Of a stretch of 64,000 nt of DNA, positions 52,501 to 64,000 are shown in pieces. Position numbers and translations under genes: made by a program. Every line of letters begins with the position of its first letter. The first letter of the stretch is position 1. The notes below the pieces were generated by a model that ran no database searches, was not told where the DNA came from, and worked only from the letters and a program-made list of their open reading frames with translations. The DNA lies in the NCBI GenBank assembly GCA_028023455.1, contig JAQFVV010000007.1, positions 2,728,001 through 2,792,000 on the forward strand, in the 5' to 3' direction. The DNA comes from Epiperipatus broadwayi. Lineage: Eukaryota; Animalia; Onychophora.

Positions 52501-55500
52501 ATGGAGGATAGGAAGAAGGAGACACAGATTCCACAAACTTCAAATCTTATTCAGAAATGCCAAGAGAATCAAATCATTAATCCTGTAATAATCAACCCAG
52601 TAGCCTTACCAGTGGCCAAATTTATTCAGATACAGTGTTTTAGGGGGGAACCGAATGGGAGTCCAAGACAGCACTTGGATAGTTTGAAGAAACTTTTTCA
52701 GTTTCAAAGTATGAGTGAGGAAGAAAGAGTGGCAATCTCCAGTCATCATTCAAAAGCAGCTGCTAGGGACTAGTGGAATTTATTGTCTAATCAACCAACA
52801 ATATTCCTTGAGTTTGAAACTGCATTAATGTCAATGTACTGGAATGAGGAGCATCTAGAGGGATTGTTATATTCAATAATGCATGAAAAATATCAAGACA
52901 ACTATCAAGAAACTTATGTACAGTTCTTGAGACAAGTGAATAAGATAAAGGCCTTAAGTATTCAGAAGGATGGATGATAAAAATGATATGACACAATATG
53001 CTCCCATTGATACAGAAAATAATTTTAGGCAGCCAAGTTGAGGATGTTGGTGGCATGATGCCTTTATTGACAGCAATTGATTATGGAAATCTTACTAAAA
53101 GCAGGAATGGAAAAGGGGGTAAATTCCAAAGTAAAATTACTATGAAACAAAATAGGACAAACCCCTCTAGATTAGTAAATAATGAAGCAGTGATGACTCA
53201 TACAGTAATTGTCCAAGAAAGGGATAATGAAGAGATGATACATAGGAATAGAAATCCAGTTATCCAAGTAACCATAAATAATGATAAAATACAAGCATTA
53301 GTCAATCCAGGCAGTCAAGTAATGATCATGTCAAAAAAACTGATCATGAAATATGAAAGCAACCCAAGATGCTTAAAGTTTCCTATGTGACCTATTCAAT
53401 TAACTCTGGCAAATGAAAAAAAAAATGAATAGTGAATGATACCAAATGTGGCTTGAGATTAGGATTAGTGATAAATGTTTTAGTCACACTTTTTTTGTAA
53501 TGGAGGGATTGTTATATGACTTGATACTGGGATCAGATTTTCTTCAGCAATATCAAGGTATTATACATTACCCAACTTGAAAATGTATTATAGAAGATGT
53601 ACAAGTTCAGTTTAGAACAACATCTCAAGATAGTCATCCCATTCACAGTTGTTTAGTACAAGAGGTCGATGATGAAATGTTAAAACAAAAAGTGAACAAA
53701 TCAATGATAAATAAAAAGGAGCATCATCAGCAGTTAGAACAAATATTGCAAAGGTATGGATCAGTATTTTCCAACATACCAGGATACATTAGGGGGTATA
53801 CCTATCGAATTAGACTTAAGGAGGAATCATACCAACAAACAAAAACATATCCTATTCCTTTCCAATACAAAAATGAGGTGGATAAACAAATAAAACAGAT
53901 GCTGGAGTGGGATATTATCAAATGGGCTCCTTCACCATTTAATAATCCATTGATTGTGATTAAGAAAAAGAATGAAAATGTGTGCTTGTGTTTGGACATG
54001 TGTTGTCTAAATAACATTACTATTTCGGAATGCGACATGCTGCCACCAATACATGAAACCTTTGTTCAGCTCACAGGGAAGACTGTATTTTTGACCATGG
54101 ACATGACAGCTAGCTATTGGCAAATGGTGTTAGATCACTGCAACAGGAAATATACAGCATTCTGTTATAATGGCCAGACTCACATGTTCAAGAGGGTTCT
54201 ATTTAGCTTAATTAACAGTGGAGCAGGCCTCATGAGATGTTTAAAAAATGTTTTATCTTTTCAAATACAAGAACACATGGTGTGCTATGTGGTTGATATC
54301 ATGATCACCTCTAAGAATATTGATGAGCATTTGTGTTATTTGAAAAATTTCTTTCTTGAATGTACACATGAAAATATAACTATCAACATGGAAAAGAGTT
54401 TTTTTGCAGTTGATGAAATTGAATTTTTGGGCCATGTTGTAAATAGTCAAGGTGTCAAACCTCATCCTGGGAAAATAGAAGCCATAAAGAATTTTCCAAC
54501 TCCCACTAACAGAAGCAGGTTCGGTCATTTCTAGGGCTGTGTAATTTTTATCACCACTTCTATCTGGGATTTGCTTATGATACCACTCAGCTAATTGAAT
54601 TGATAAAGAAGAGTAATAAAAAATGGGAATGGAAGGAGAGGCATGAGCTAGAAATGTCTAAAATAAAAGGTAAATTCCTGGAAACAGTAATGTTATACCA
54701 CCCAGAATTTACTCAACCCTTTTACGTTCAAACAGATAGTATTGTTCCAAACTGGGGATAAAGATGAGCATCAATTGTTATATTTCATTAGTCGGACATT
54801 AAGAGGGGCAGAAAAGCATTATACAACAACAGAGCAGTAGACATTAGCAATAGTTTGGGCATGCCAGAAACTTAAATAGTTTTTATTAGGATCAGAAGTG
54901 ATAATTGTAATGGACCACAAATGTCTTAAATTCTTTAATAAAAGTTTTTTAAACAATGACAGACTGATAAGATGAAGCCTGACTCTTCAACAGTTTTAGT
55001 ACAGCATCATTTATTGCCCAGGGTCAGAGAATATTGTGGCTGATGTTTTAAGTCATTACCCCATGCCTATAGCTGCTCATAATCTGGATTTGACAAACCA
55101 GACTGTGAAGGTCATGATAGCCAAGGCAGAAACATCATTGGAATCTCACCTTCAGAATTTAGCATATTGGCATTACCCACATCCATCAGGCAATGGAACA
55201 TTATGGACCCTGAAATGTAGAAGAAGCAATAAAATGCCAATTTTATTGGTCAGGGATGTATGCACAGATCTTACATGTGTTAAAAAGCTGCAAGATTTAT
55301 GCATGGAGCAAAGCCCAAATCACTTGTATGCAGGAGAACCAAGACCGATCCTCACATCTAAACTAAATGAGCTTCTGGCTATGGATCATTATGGCCCATT
55401 ACCCATGTTTTGATGATTTCAGTATCTTTTTGTCATATACAATGTGTTTTCAAAATATGTGAAAGCATATCCAGTAAAGGCAGAGAATTCTCAAGTAGCA

Positions 55501-56150
55501 ATAAAGACACTTTGGGAAAAACAATTTACAGAAGTCGGAAAACCTCAGATAGTCCTTTCTAACTATGCGCAGCATTTACATCCAAAGAGTGGGAGACCTG
55601 GATAACTAAACAAGGCATTCAACATAAGCTAACTTCCATTAGAAATCTGCAGGCTAACCCTTTCAAGAGCTATGCAAAAGATAGGGTGACTCTTTCACAC
55701 ATATATACCAACCAACCATCAAGATTGGGTAAATAAAACCCAAAAGGTGGTACAATACATTAATAATACAATGAATGAGTCAATAGGATTTACTCCAACA
55801 CATTTGCATTATGGAAGAGCATGTCCTCAGCTATTCAAAACAAAAATGCCAGTGGAAGAGGAAAGAATAGATCACCTAGAAGACCAAAAGATGGCATACA
55901 AATGGTTAAGACAGGTGGCTCTGCATCAGAAAAACAAAACTGTCAATATCAATTCAGGCAAGGTCATCAAGAATGGTTGAGAGACCCTAGACCTAGTAAT
56001 ACATGTTGGGAAAAAATTTTAAAAAGTTTTTCCCAATATATCAGGGACCTTATACATTGAAGAAGGAATGCAGACAAAATGCCTTTCTTTTGGAAGACAT
56101 TCACTGTATAAGAGGAGTTTATAATGTTAGAAACTTAAAACCTTGTGTGC
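52501..56150 (+). pseudogene. Disrupted Gypsy gag-pol
   Basis: Gag FRGEP..SPRQHL...AARD*WNLL; protease ALVNPGSQV (catalytic D to N); RT YPIP...SPFNNPL...LDM...YWQM...TAF...YVVD (YxDD broken)...FLGHVV; RNase H EKHYTTTEQ*TLAIVWAC...DHK...ADVLS; integrase H..HP...AMDHYGPLP. Multiple stops and frameshifts. Confidence 0.93.
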
Positions 56151-56449
56151 CACCTGATCCCGGAAAGGTCAGAAGGTAAACATAATAGCAACTGGGTGAA
56201 CAGGAAACAATAAAGGAATTGAAATTAGAAATATGAAAATTTAGTTATGACTACATATAAAAAAGCGGGTAGTACATAAAGATAGGGAAGTAGGTTAAAA
56301 CTATATATAAAAAAAGGCAAAAAAAAATGAAATTGCATTGATTTTACAGGAAATTAAACATTATGCATGAATTTATGTGCATGTGTTTATCTCTGACCTG
56401 AAGCAACCACATTTTTTTAACATTTTTTTCCTCAATAACTACTGGGAAA

Positions 56450-59295
56450 TGAAGCAATGGATATGGAAGTCAGATCCATGCTTCACAGCCTTACATAAAC
56501 CAACCATATTTTAAACCTGTTTTCTGCCTGTATGAAAGTATTTAACAGAATTTTGCATTAAGCAGAAATATAAAGTGTTTTTGTTATCTGTTTATCAATC
56601 CTTGAAATTAGGTATTCAGGTAAAAATAATTTAGTAAAGTAAATGTAATCAAAAAAAACTGTGATTTCATAAAAATATTTTTTGTCATAGTTTATAAAAT
56701 AGGCATGTATGTGTGGTAAACATATATGTATAAATTAATGCAGGGTTCTGTTGAAACAAAAACTAACTTGAGAATATATTTTTATTTGCTTTATTCTTAT
56801 GCCGAAAAATATTTCATGTGATTTATTTAGATAAGCCTTCCAACATTCCTTAATAAATTAAATTTAAATTAGTTTCCTTTGGGGCAATTAAGTATGGCCT
56901 CTTTAATAATAAAAAAAATGAAGTTAAAGCAAAAATAGATTACAAAATCTTAAAGTTTGATTTTGGTAAAAAGAAAATTGTTTTGAAACAAAGGAGATTG
57001 TGGGCATGTCAAGATGTGAATGATACAAAACACAATAGACAGAGTTTTTGCAAAAAGGTATAAATAATGGATGAGAACAAAAGGAAACAGATATGTAATT
57101 ATTTTTTTGGAATGGAAAGAATGAGAGGTGATATGGTTGAACTACCAAATTTTTTAGACAAAACCATATATGGTGGCTATCTATCAGCTTTGCTTGCCAT
57201 CCGGGCCTCTATCCAGCCAAATGCCAAAGATGTAGTGTGATAAAGTGAATTGAACTGTTGAACTATCTGCCTGTGGTTGGTATTGGTATTTCCCATAATA
57301 AGCATGCTATCTTTACAAATAAATTTCCAATCGGCAAGCCAATCAAGGTGTCATGAAAATTGTACCATTGCAAAGACCAAAATCTGGTGCCAGTAACATT
57401 TTAAAATAACTCCTCATGTACTCTTACTTCCCATATTTTCTTAAATTTTCTTTTGTTCTTATTAGTATTTAACTCTTTGACTTAATATTCTTATTAGTAT
57501 TTAACTCTTTGACTTAATATACTGTAATTGTATAAATGTAACTTTATGTATTATGCCATTTGTTGTTTGATCATTCTTTATAATTCCATGCTTTCCTTCA
57601 CTGTTCCTCATTTCTTAAATCAAATCAGTATTATATATTTCTTTTATTGTTCATGAAGTGTTGGTATTGATCTATAGGTATATTTTAAATGTTATATATT
57701 ACTACTCATATAATATGTCTGTTCGATAGTTAGCCAGTTCGATCTCCTCGATAAAGCTTAATTTATTCCTTTGTATGCTTGAAAGTTAAAAGTTTTATTT
57801 TCTTTAAAAAGGAAAGAAAATGAAGGGGGGGATTATAGACGTTTTAAGTCGGGTATACGGTATGAGTTAGTTATTAAAAGCATATGTAAAGATTTTATTC
57901 CACCTTGCTTTATCAGGAAGATTTCTTGCTTATTGAATGGGTTTCATTCAAACATATGGGTTACTGCACATGTAGTGGGCTTGGGTTAAAATTTAACTGT
58001 GTGACATCATTAGACTTCAAATAACTGGTCATGTAGTCTGGATTTTGGGAAATATTTTTAATGCTGCCTTTATTTTGTTTTATTATCATATTAGCTTGGG
58101 AAGTTTCTTTTATGTATTTGTTTTCCTCTGGAAGATTGGCTGTAGTTGATTTGTTGTTGTGCATGTTTATTGTTCATTTACTCTACTTACCTACAGATTT
58201 GCTAGAGAAAAAAAATCTTTTATTTGCCCAGATTACCATGGCCATCCAATTTAGATAAATGTTTCTCATTTTTCTCAGGATGTGAAAGATTTGCATAAAT
58301 GTTTAGCTAGTTAAGCTAGGCTAGCTGACATTTTATTTTTTTCACCTGAAATTTGTCTTTATGCAAATGTGCATAATTATTTCTATTTTGCTCTTTTCAT
58401 TTGGGATTTCGTGTTCAATGTTATGCAAATTAATATTGGCTGGTTTATTTTATCTCCAGGCAGTAATAATATTCTTATGCATCGAGCACTCATCAGCAAT
58501 TACTTAATCTTTCACATTTGATGGCAAATCAATTCTTTTAAATTTTTATTAAAAAAGGGGTTTGGGAAAAATATCAGTATTTTAAATTAAGCTTTATACT
58601 TGTTTGTGCATCACTATTTTTGGATTGATTTCCTGGAGGCCAGACTCAAAGAAATATTATTGTACAATTTTGTTAAGGTAGTAATAAATTACTGTAAAGT
58701 TCATTCAAGCTTGCTCATGCAAATATTCTGTTAACCGTTTAAATGTTAAAGTGGGCCGAGGTGGCAAACCTATATTTCATACCACAAAAGTAGTATTTAG
58801 ATCTTGAGATCACATTAAGTTTACAGAATGATTTGATAATGTGTTATATGTGGAATAGTGGAGAACAAAACCTCCCTTTTATTAATATCTTTATTAAAGT
58901 ATATTTTCTTAATATGAAAATAAGCATTAGTCCATTTTATTTATTATTTGTAAACATGATATTTTGATGTTAATCTATTTGATAAATTTCCAATGATCCA
59001 AGTATCACAGATAGTCTTTTACACATGACCTGAGTTATGTATCATTATGTGAGTTAGGTTTAATGAAGTAGTTTTTTAATCGGTTGTTTCTCCCTTTGCT
59101 AGCAGGACAGATGGAAAAATGTGGATCTATGCATGTCTCGAACATGTTATTGATTCATTGTTAGATTCAAAAGGTGGATGAACAGGGCAGAGTACCTAGT
59201 ATTTTTGATTTTAGATCTCACGTATGATTGGTCTCAAGGTACTTTTGTCTACATTTCAAACCTGGTTAAATCATCACACACATTACACCAGCACA
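56450..59295 (+). repeat. 3' LTR (2846 bp)
   Basis: Direct copy of 47203-49868 with extra segments at 56681-56814 and 57488-57519. Confidence 0.93.
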
Positions 59296-59305
59296 ATATA
59301 TATTT

Positions 59306-60217
59306 ATAGTATTATTTCCAGGAGTTTCCATCTAATAAAAATATAATAGCTAAATAGCTGATGATTCAGTACAATAACAAATACTTTCCTTGGAGCTTTT
59401 TATTTCTCAAATCATAAGAATGTGTGTGATAAGATTTAAAATTATTATTTATTTATTTTTGCTATTTTCTCTTCATTCTCAAATTCTATTGGTTGACAAA
59501 TTAAAAAAAAAAAATTCTCTAAAAGCTTTTTCCAAATATTGTTAATTTTCTTTAATTCACATTTTTCATTTATGCTCTTAAACCTTTTAAAAATTTTGCC
59601 AGAATGGTGTTTTATTAAAATTGATGTCATGGTTAGTTAATTCAATGTGTGAATAAATGGCTGTTGAATTAGATTTTTCTCTAACTGCCAAAATGTGTTC
59701 TTCCTTTCTTATGTTTATTCTACAATTGGTCTCTCCAATGTATAAATGTAGACAAACTCCACATAAGAAAGAAAGAATACATTTTGGCTGTTAGAGAAAA
59801 ATCTAATTCATCAGCCATTTATTCACACATTAAATGAACTAACCATGATATAAATTTTAATAAAACACATATTCTGTCAAAAATTGAACAATATGACCAG
59901 ATATTGCTAAGGGAAGCTATAGAGATTTTTAAAAGATTGAAGAGCATAAATGAAAAGTGTGAATTAAAGAAAATTAACAATATTTGGAAAAACTATTGTA
60001 GGATAAAAAAAATAATTAATTTCTCAACTAATAAAATTTAAGAACGAAAAGAAAATAACAAAAGAAAAAAAAAACTACAATCTTAAATATTACCAAACAC
60101 ACTCTTGTGATTTGAGAAAGAAGAAGCTCTGGGGAAAGTATTTGTTATTGTACTGAAGCATCAGTTATTTAGCTATTATATTTTTTATTGCATGGAAGCT
60201 CCAGGAAATAATACTAT
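59306..60217. mobile_element. ~910-bp foldback (long inverted repeat) element
   Basis: atagtattatttccaggagtttccat pairs with atggaagctccaggaaataatactat. Arms pair inward to a ~45-nt centre at ~59716-59760; 59641-59700 versus 59775-59834 differ at 4 of 60 positions. Confidence 0.9.
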
Positions 60218-60264
60218 GAATTCATTTATCCATGAGAGTATTGGAATTAACATGCACACATGTA

Positions 60265-60919
60265 TATAGCAATGCTGCAAGAAATATTTTGTAAATTAAA
60301 ATGGGAAGTTAAAGAAATAAAAGTAAATGGAGATTATTTAAGTCATCTAGATTTTACAGATGGAGTAGTTGTTTTTGCAAATAATGGTTTAGAGCTTCAG
60401 TTACTACAGATGGAAACATAATGGATGAAATTAATCATAGAATTAAACTTGGTTGGAGTGCTTTTGATAGAAGTATCTTAATATATTAAAAGAAAATATG
60501 CCTATGTGTTTGAAAAGGAAGGTTTTTAATATATGTTTTATCAGTTCTTACTTATGAATCTGAGACTTGGACACTTAACAGAAGAGCAATACAGACACTT
60601 CAGACCACTCAAAGAAGTATAGAGAGATGCATGTTAAGTGTAACAAGAAGAACTAAAAAAACATAATACATGGGTAGGAAAACAATCATGTGTTACTGGT
60701 ATCTTGCACAGAGAGATGCATGTTAGGAATAACAAGAAGAAATCAAAAACACAATACATGGGTAGGAAAACATACTGACATCATTGAAAGAATTAAAAGA
60801 TTGATGTGGAGTTGGGCTGAACATATTTCTAGAAGAGATGATAATACATGGACAGTTGAAATCATAAACTAGATTTCAAGAGATTTAAAAAATCCAGAAA
60901 GAGGCTGCATGTGAGATGG
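60265..60919 (+). mobile_element. Internal RTE LINE fragment (same family), with deletion and internal duplication
   Basis: Matches copy 1 from attaaaatgggaag to catgtgagatgg. 60621-60684 is repeated at 60710-60772. No 3' tail. Confidence 0.88.
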
Positions 60920-61719
60920 CTACCTGCAGTTAGGCCCATTCTGTGACAGAGTGCAAGGGTTGCATGCACCTGGGTTTCACACTATAGGAGCACACAAATG
61001 ATTCACATTAATAAAAAAATTAAATCAATAGATAATCAAAAATAATAATTTTTAAAAATGGATGCTTTCAATACTTGATTTTCATGATGTTAAGTGATTA
61101 TTTTATTTTATTGTATGTATTAATTATGTGTTTGTATGGTTTATTAGTTAGACTAGCTCTATGATTATGCATCTATGCTGTTTTTAAGGCAGACAATTTG
61201 GAACTGTTTCATCAGCACTTTTATTATACATATATTATACATATGTATACAGCCAATATTATAATCCAATTAATAAATGTCAGAAATTTCACCTAGTGAC
61301 TGATTTAGTAATTAACATTTTATTATTATTTTTTTCTGGATGGGTGGCAATATAATTTTTCACCCAAGCAGGAATGGTGCCTGTAATGCTAGTTTGCCAG
61401 TTTTGCATTTCTTTTGACAGCAGAAACTGGGACTAATATTGACTCATTAGTTTTTTAAAAAATCTGAAAAGTCAGAAGTCTACAACCAAAAGGAACTACA
61501 AAGAATCTGAATGTCACCTATCAGATTTTTTGTTCTGAATCGTTGAGAGCAATCATAAATTTAATAGTAAATTCCTCTTTTAGTGATAAGCAGAAAAAAA
61601 TGTAGGTTAACATTTCCATTGTTTTCTGTGATGACAATTTTTGTAATCATTCAACAATTGATTTTGCATTAAATCTTTATTCTATAATAAGTTTAATAAA
61701 CTGGAATTGATTTGTTATA

Positions 61720-62572
61720 AATATAAGATTGCAAATGAAAACATCCGTAAAAATTGTATTTGAAGTTAGAAAATATAGAAAAAATAATAAAAACAACCCA
61801 ATTAATTTTTTTTTGATGAAGAAATATAAAGAAAGTCAGCATAACCATTGTAGAAATAAAATTAATGAAATCTTTGTTGATTAAACTTTATTTTTAAAAT
61901 ATGAACATAATAATTCTATCAGATTGTGTTTTAAAACTTAAAATTGCATTTATAGTTTTTTAAATATCACAACTATTATAAACTACCATGTTAAAAAGTA
62001 TTTAAAAATACATTAACAATCTTTCTATTGCAGTTTTCTATTTACCATTATGATCAAATGTATTAACTTATATCTTTAAAAATAAAACATATTTCCATAA
62101 AACTAAAGTAAAATCATTTATACTTTTGTTTTTATATAATTATTATACAAACATTGTATAAAAATAAACATACATATTTTAAATTAATTAGATAAAAAAA
62201 TCAATTTTATTGAATTAGATTAAAAAAATCAATTTTATTGCAATTCCCACATTTGGTAAAAAAAAATTCTTCTTGAAGTAATCTTACAAATAATCTCAAA
62301 CCTGAGAACAAAGAACCTAGCAATCACTGGGATGGTAGGCAGGGTTAAATTACTTTGAATTTCCTAATAATTACATAATACTTATCTTTTCAGATTTTTT
62401 TAAAGCTAATAAATCACTATTATTTTAATTTACTTTCTACTGTTAAATAAATAGACAATTGGCAAAATACAACCAAAAAGATAGCTGCAGGAGAGTGAAG
62501 GCAAGCTGAAGGATTATCAGCACCTGACCAAAAATCTTTATTGAAGTACTTTGTACTAATTACTATTAGGGC
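61720..62572 (+). repeat. Old dispersed repeat, homologous to ~15830-16630; possibly part of a non-autonomous DNA element starting at ~60933
   Basis: Colinear similarity to 15830-16630. Short possible termini AGGCCC (~60933) and GGGCCT (~62568). Confidence 0.6.
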
Positions 62573-64000
62573 CTTTGTTTAATAATTAAATAAGTGCTAA
62601 TAATGGTAAACATAAAATTATCATAGCTTAACCAGCAATGGTTATACTACTGTACAAGTAGTATTCCATATCATTCCTATAAAAAGTATTTGTTTTATAC
62701 AAATATTTCAATTTTGATTTTTTTTATTAAAAGCATTATTTTCAATACATATTAAAATGTTTTTATAAAAAAAATAGCAAAAATAAAGATATAAAATTAT
62801 TTTTATTTAACTGTATTTAATTGATTGCTTTCTTGTAATCAGATACTATAATGAAATAATTTACTTTTTATTATTGTTGCCATTAGTTATAATAAGTTTT
62901 ACAATATTTTTTTTAAAAAGTAAAAAAATAGTGGTCAGTTGCAAAAGATGGAAAAATATTTATAGCCATTTAGATTACAAACAGTCTAAGGTAACATTAA
63001 AAAGGCATAAAATTTGTACTACATAAGCTACACTCAAACTAATTTGATTTTTGAAAAATAGAGACATACTTAGAAATGTACTGAGATAGACACCTGTTTC
63101 ATGTAGAAATAATGTGAAATTAAAGTATTTGGAATTGTGTGCAGGTATGTGTTATCTCTTGCAAGTATTTTCAGTAAATACATATGTAATTAAGGAAAGA
63201 ACACTGTCAGGTTATAAACAAATAACATATATTGAGTAGAATCAAAAATAAAATGTATCCATTTTTTTTTCTTTTGATGTTTATAAGCCTACCTTTGCTC
63301 ACATTCATTGAGATTCAGAGTGAAATTAATACATCAGTCAGATGACAACATGGTATTATTAATTATTAAACTAATAACTAAGTATGCAAGGATGGAGACA
63401 GAATCTTACTTTTAATAGTTTTGCCTTAATAATCAAATAGAAGTTAATAAATGTAAATATAAAATTATATAGATTAACATATACGTAATTAAGAGAAGAA
63501 AGTCACTATTTCCCAGATTATTAAAACAGACAAAACTCTCTATGCATATTGCCACTCAGTGCAAGCCAGAGCAATCAATGGATGCCAGAAGGCTTGTGCA
63601 TAAAATCCCTATTGAAACAGTCGATCTTAGTTCAAGATCGAGTTTCACTGTTCTACCACAACCCATGTTTTATCCTGACTTTTTTTGGTACATGTATATA
63701 AACTATATGCATATTTCTGAGAAGTATCTATAAAAGTTATAAATATAAATTTTAAATAAAAATTCTTTAATTATTTTGATATTAATATCTCTAGATGCGA
63801 TTCAAATATATACATATATTAATGGAGCTTTTATATATATATAAAAGCACAAACAAATATTATAAATAATTTTGTATTTTTTTTCTTAATTATTTAATAG
63901 TTTGTAATTATTTTTTTAAATATATTTACACAAATATTCAAGATGGAAGATGCAATCATTAACTGTCCAAGAGTAATTAAAGGGGTGGGAACATTAGTTT

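Larger units (their letters stand above)
47203..59295 (+). mobile_element. Full-length but decayed Ty3/Gypsy LTR retrotransposon (12,093 bp)
   Basis: Two direct LTRs with TG...CA ends, a 4-bp ATAT TSD (47199-47202 and 59296-59299), a Lys PBS, and domain order gag-PR-RT-RNaseH-IN. Confidence 0.95.

Noticed and set aside
52760-55000. Repeated TGG to TAG/TGA stops suggesting deaminase hypermutation
   Set aside because: Expected from ordinary transition-biased decay of Trp codons in an AT-drifting genome. I could not show context enrichment by eye.
56150-56449. Possible env gene in the Gypsy element
   Set aside because: Only ~300 bp of AT-rich non-coding sequence lies between integrase and the 3' LTR.

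Overview
Very AT-rich eukaryotic genomic DNA, probably from an arthropod or other protostome. No prokaryotic gene or CRISPR structure was seen. The only host gene is the 5' part of a Pax3/7 (paired/gooseberry family) gene on the minus strand. It has a 52-nt first coding exon (38545-38596, MSVLGMRPIFTGGYPFQ-G) and a 477-nt exon (36294-36770) carrying the complete paired domain plus the HSIDGILS octapeptide. I found no homeobox exon in the 36 kb downstream. The rest is a graveyard of decayed transposons: four copies of one RTE LINE family with (GAT)n tails, two Penelope-like families with hammerhead-ribozyme relics, a hAT/Buster transposase relic, a 12.1-kb Ty3/Gypsy element with unusually long (2.7-2.85 kb) LTRs, a Lys PBS and an ATAT target duplication, a ~910-bp foldback, a mariner-type MITE, two tRNA-Gly-derived retrocopies with target-site duplications, and microsatellites. 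All alignments were done by eye and TE boundaries are approximate unless stated. I did not find an intact novel multi-gene system. The most unusual items are the giant-LTR Gypsy (offset PBS, possible coding relic in U3), the inverted Penelope pair that reconstructs a hammerhead, and the missing homeobox.
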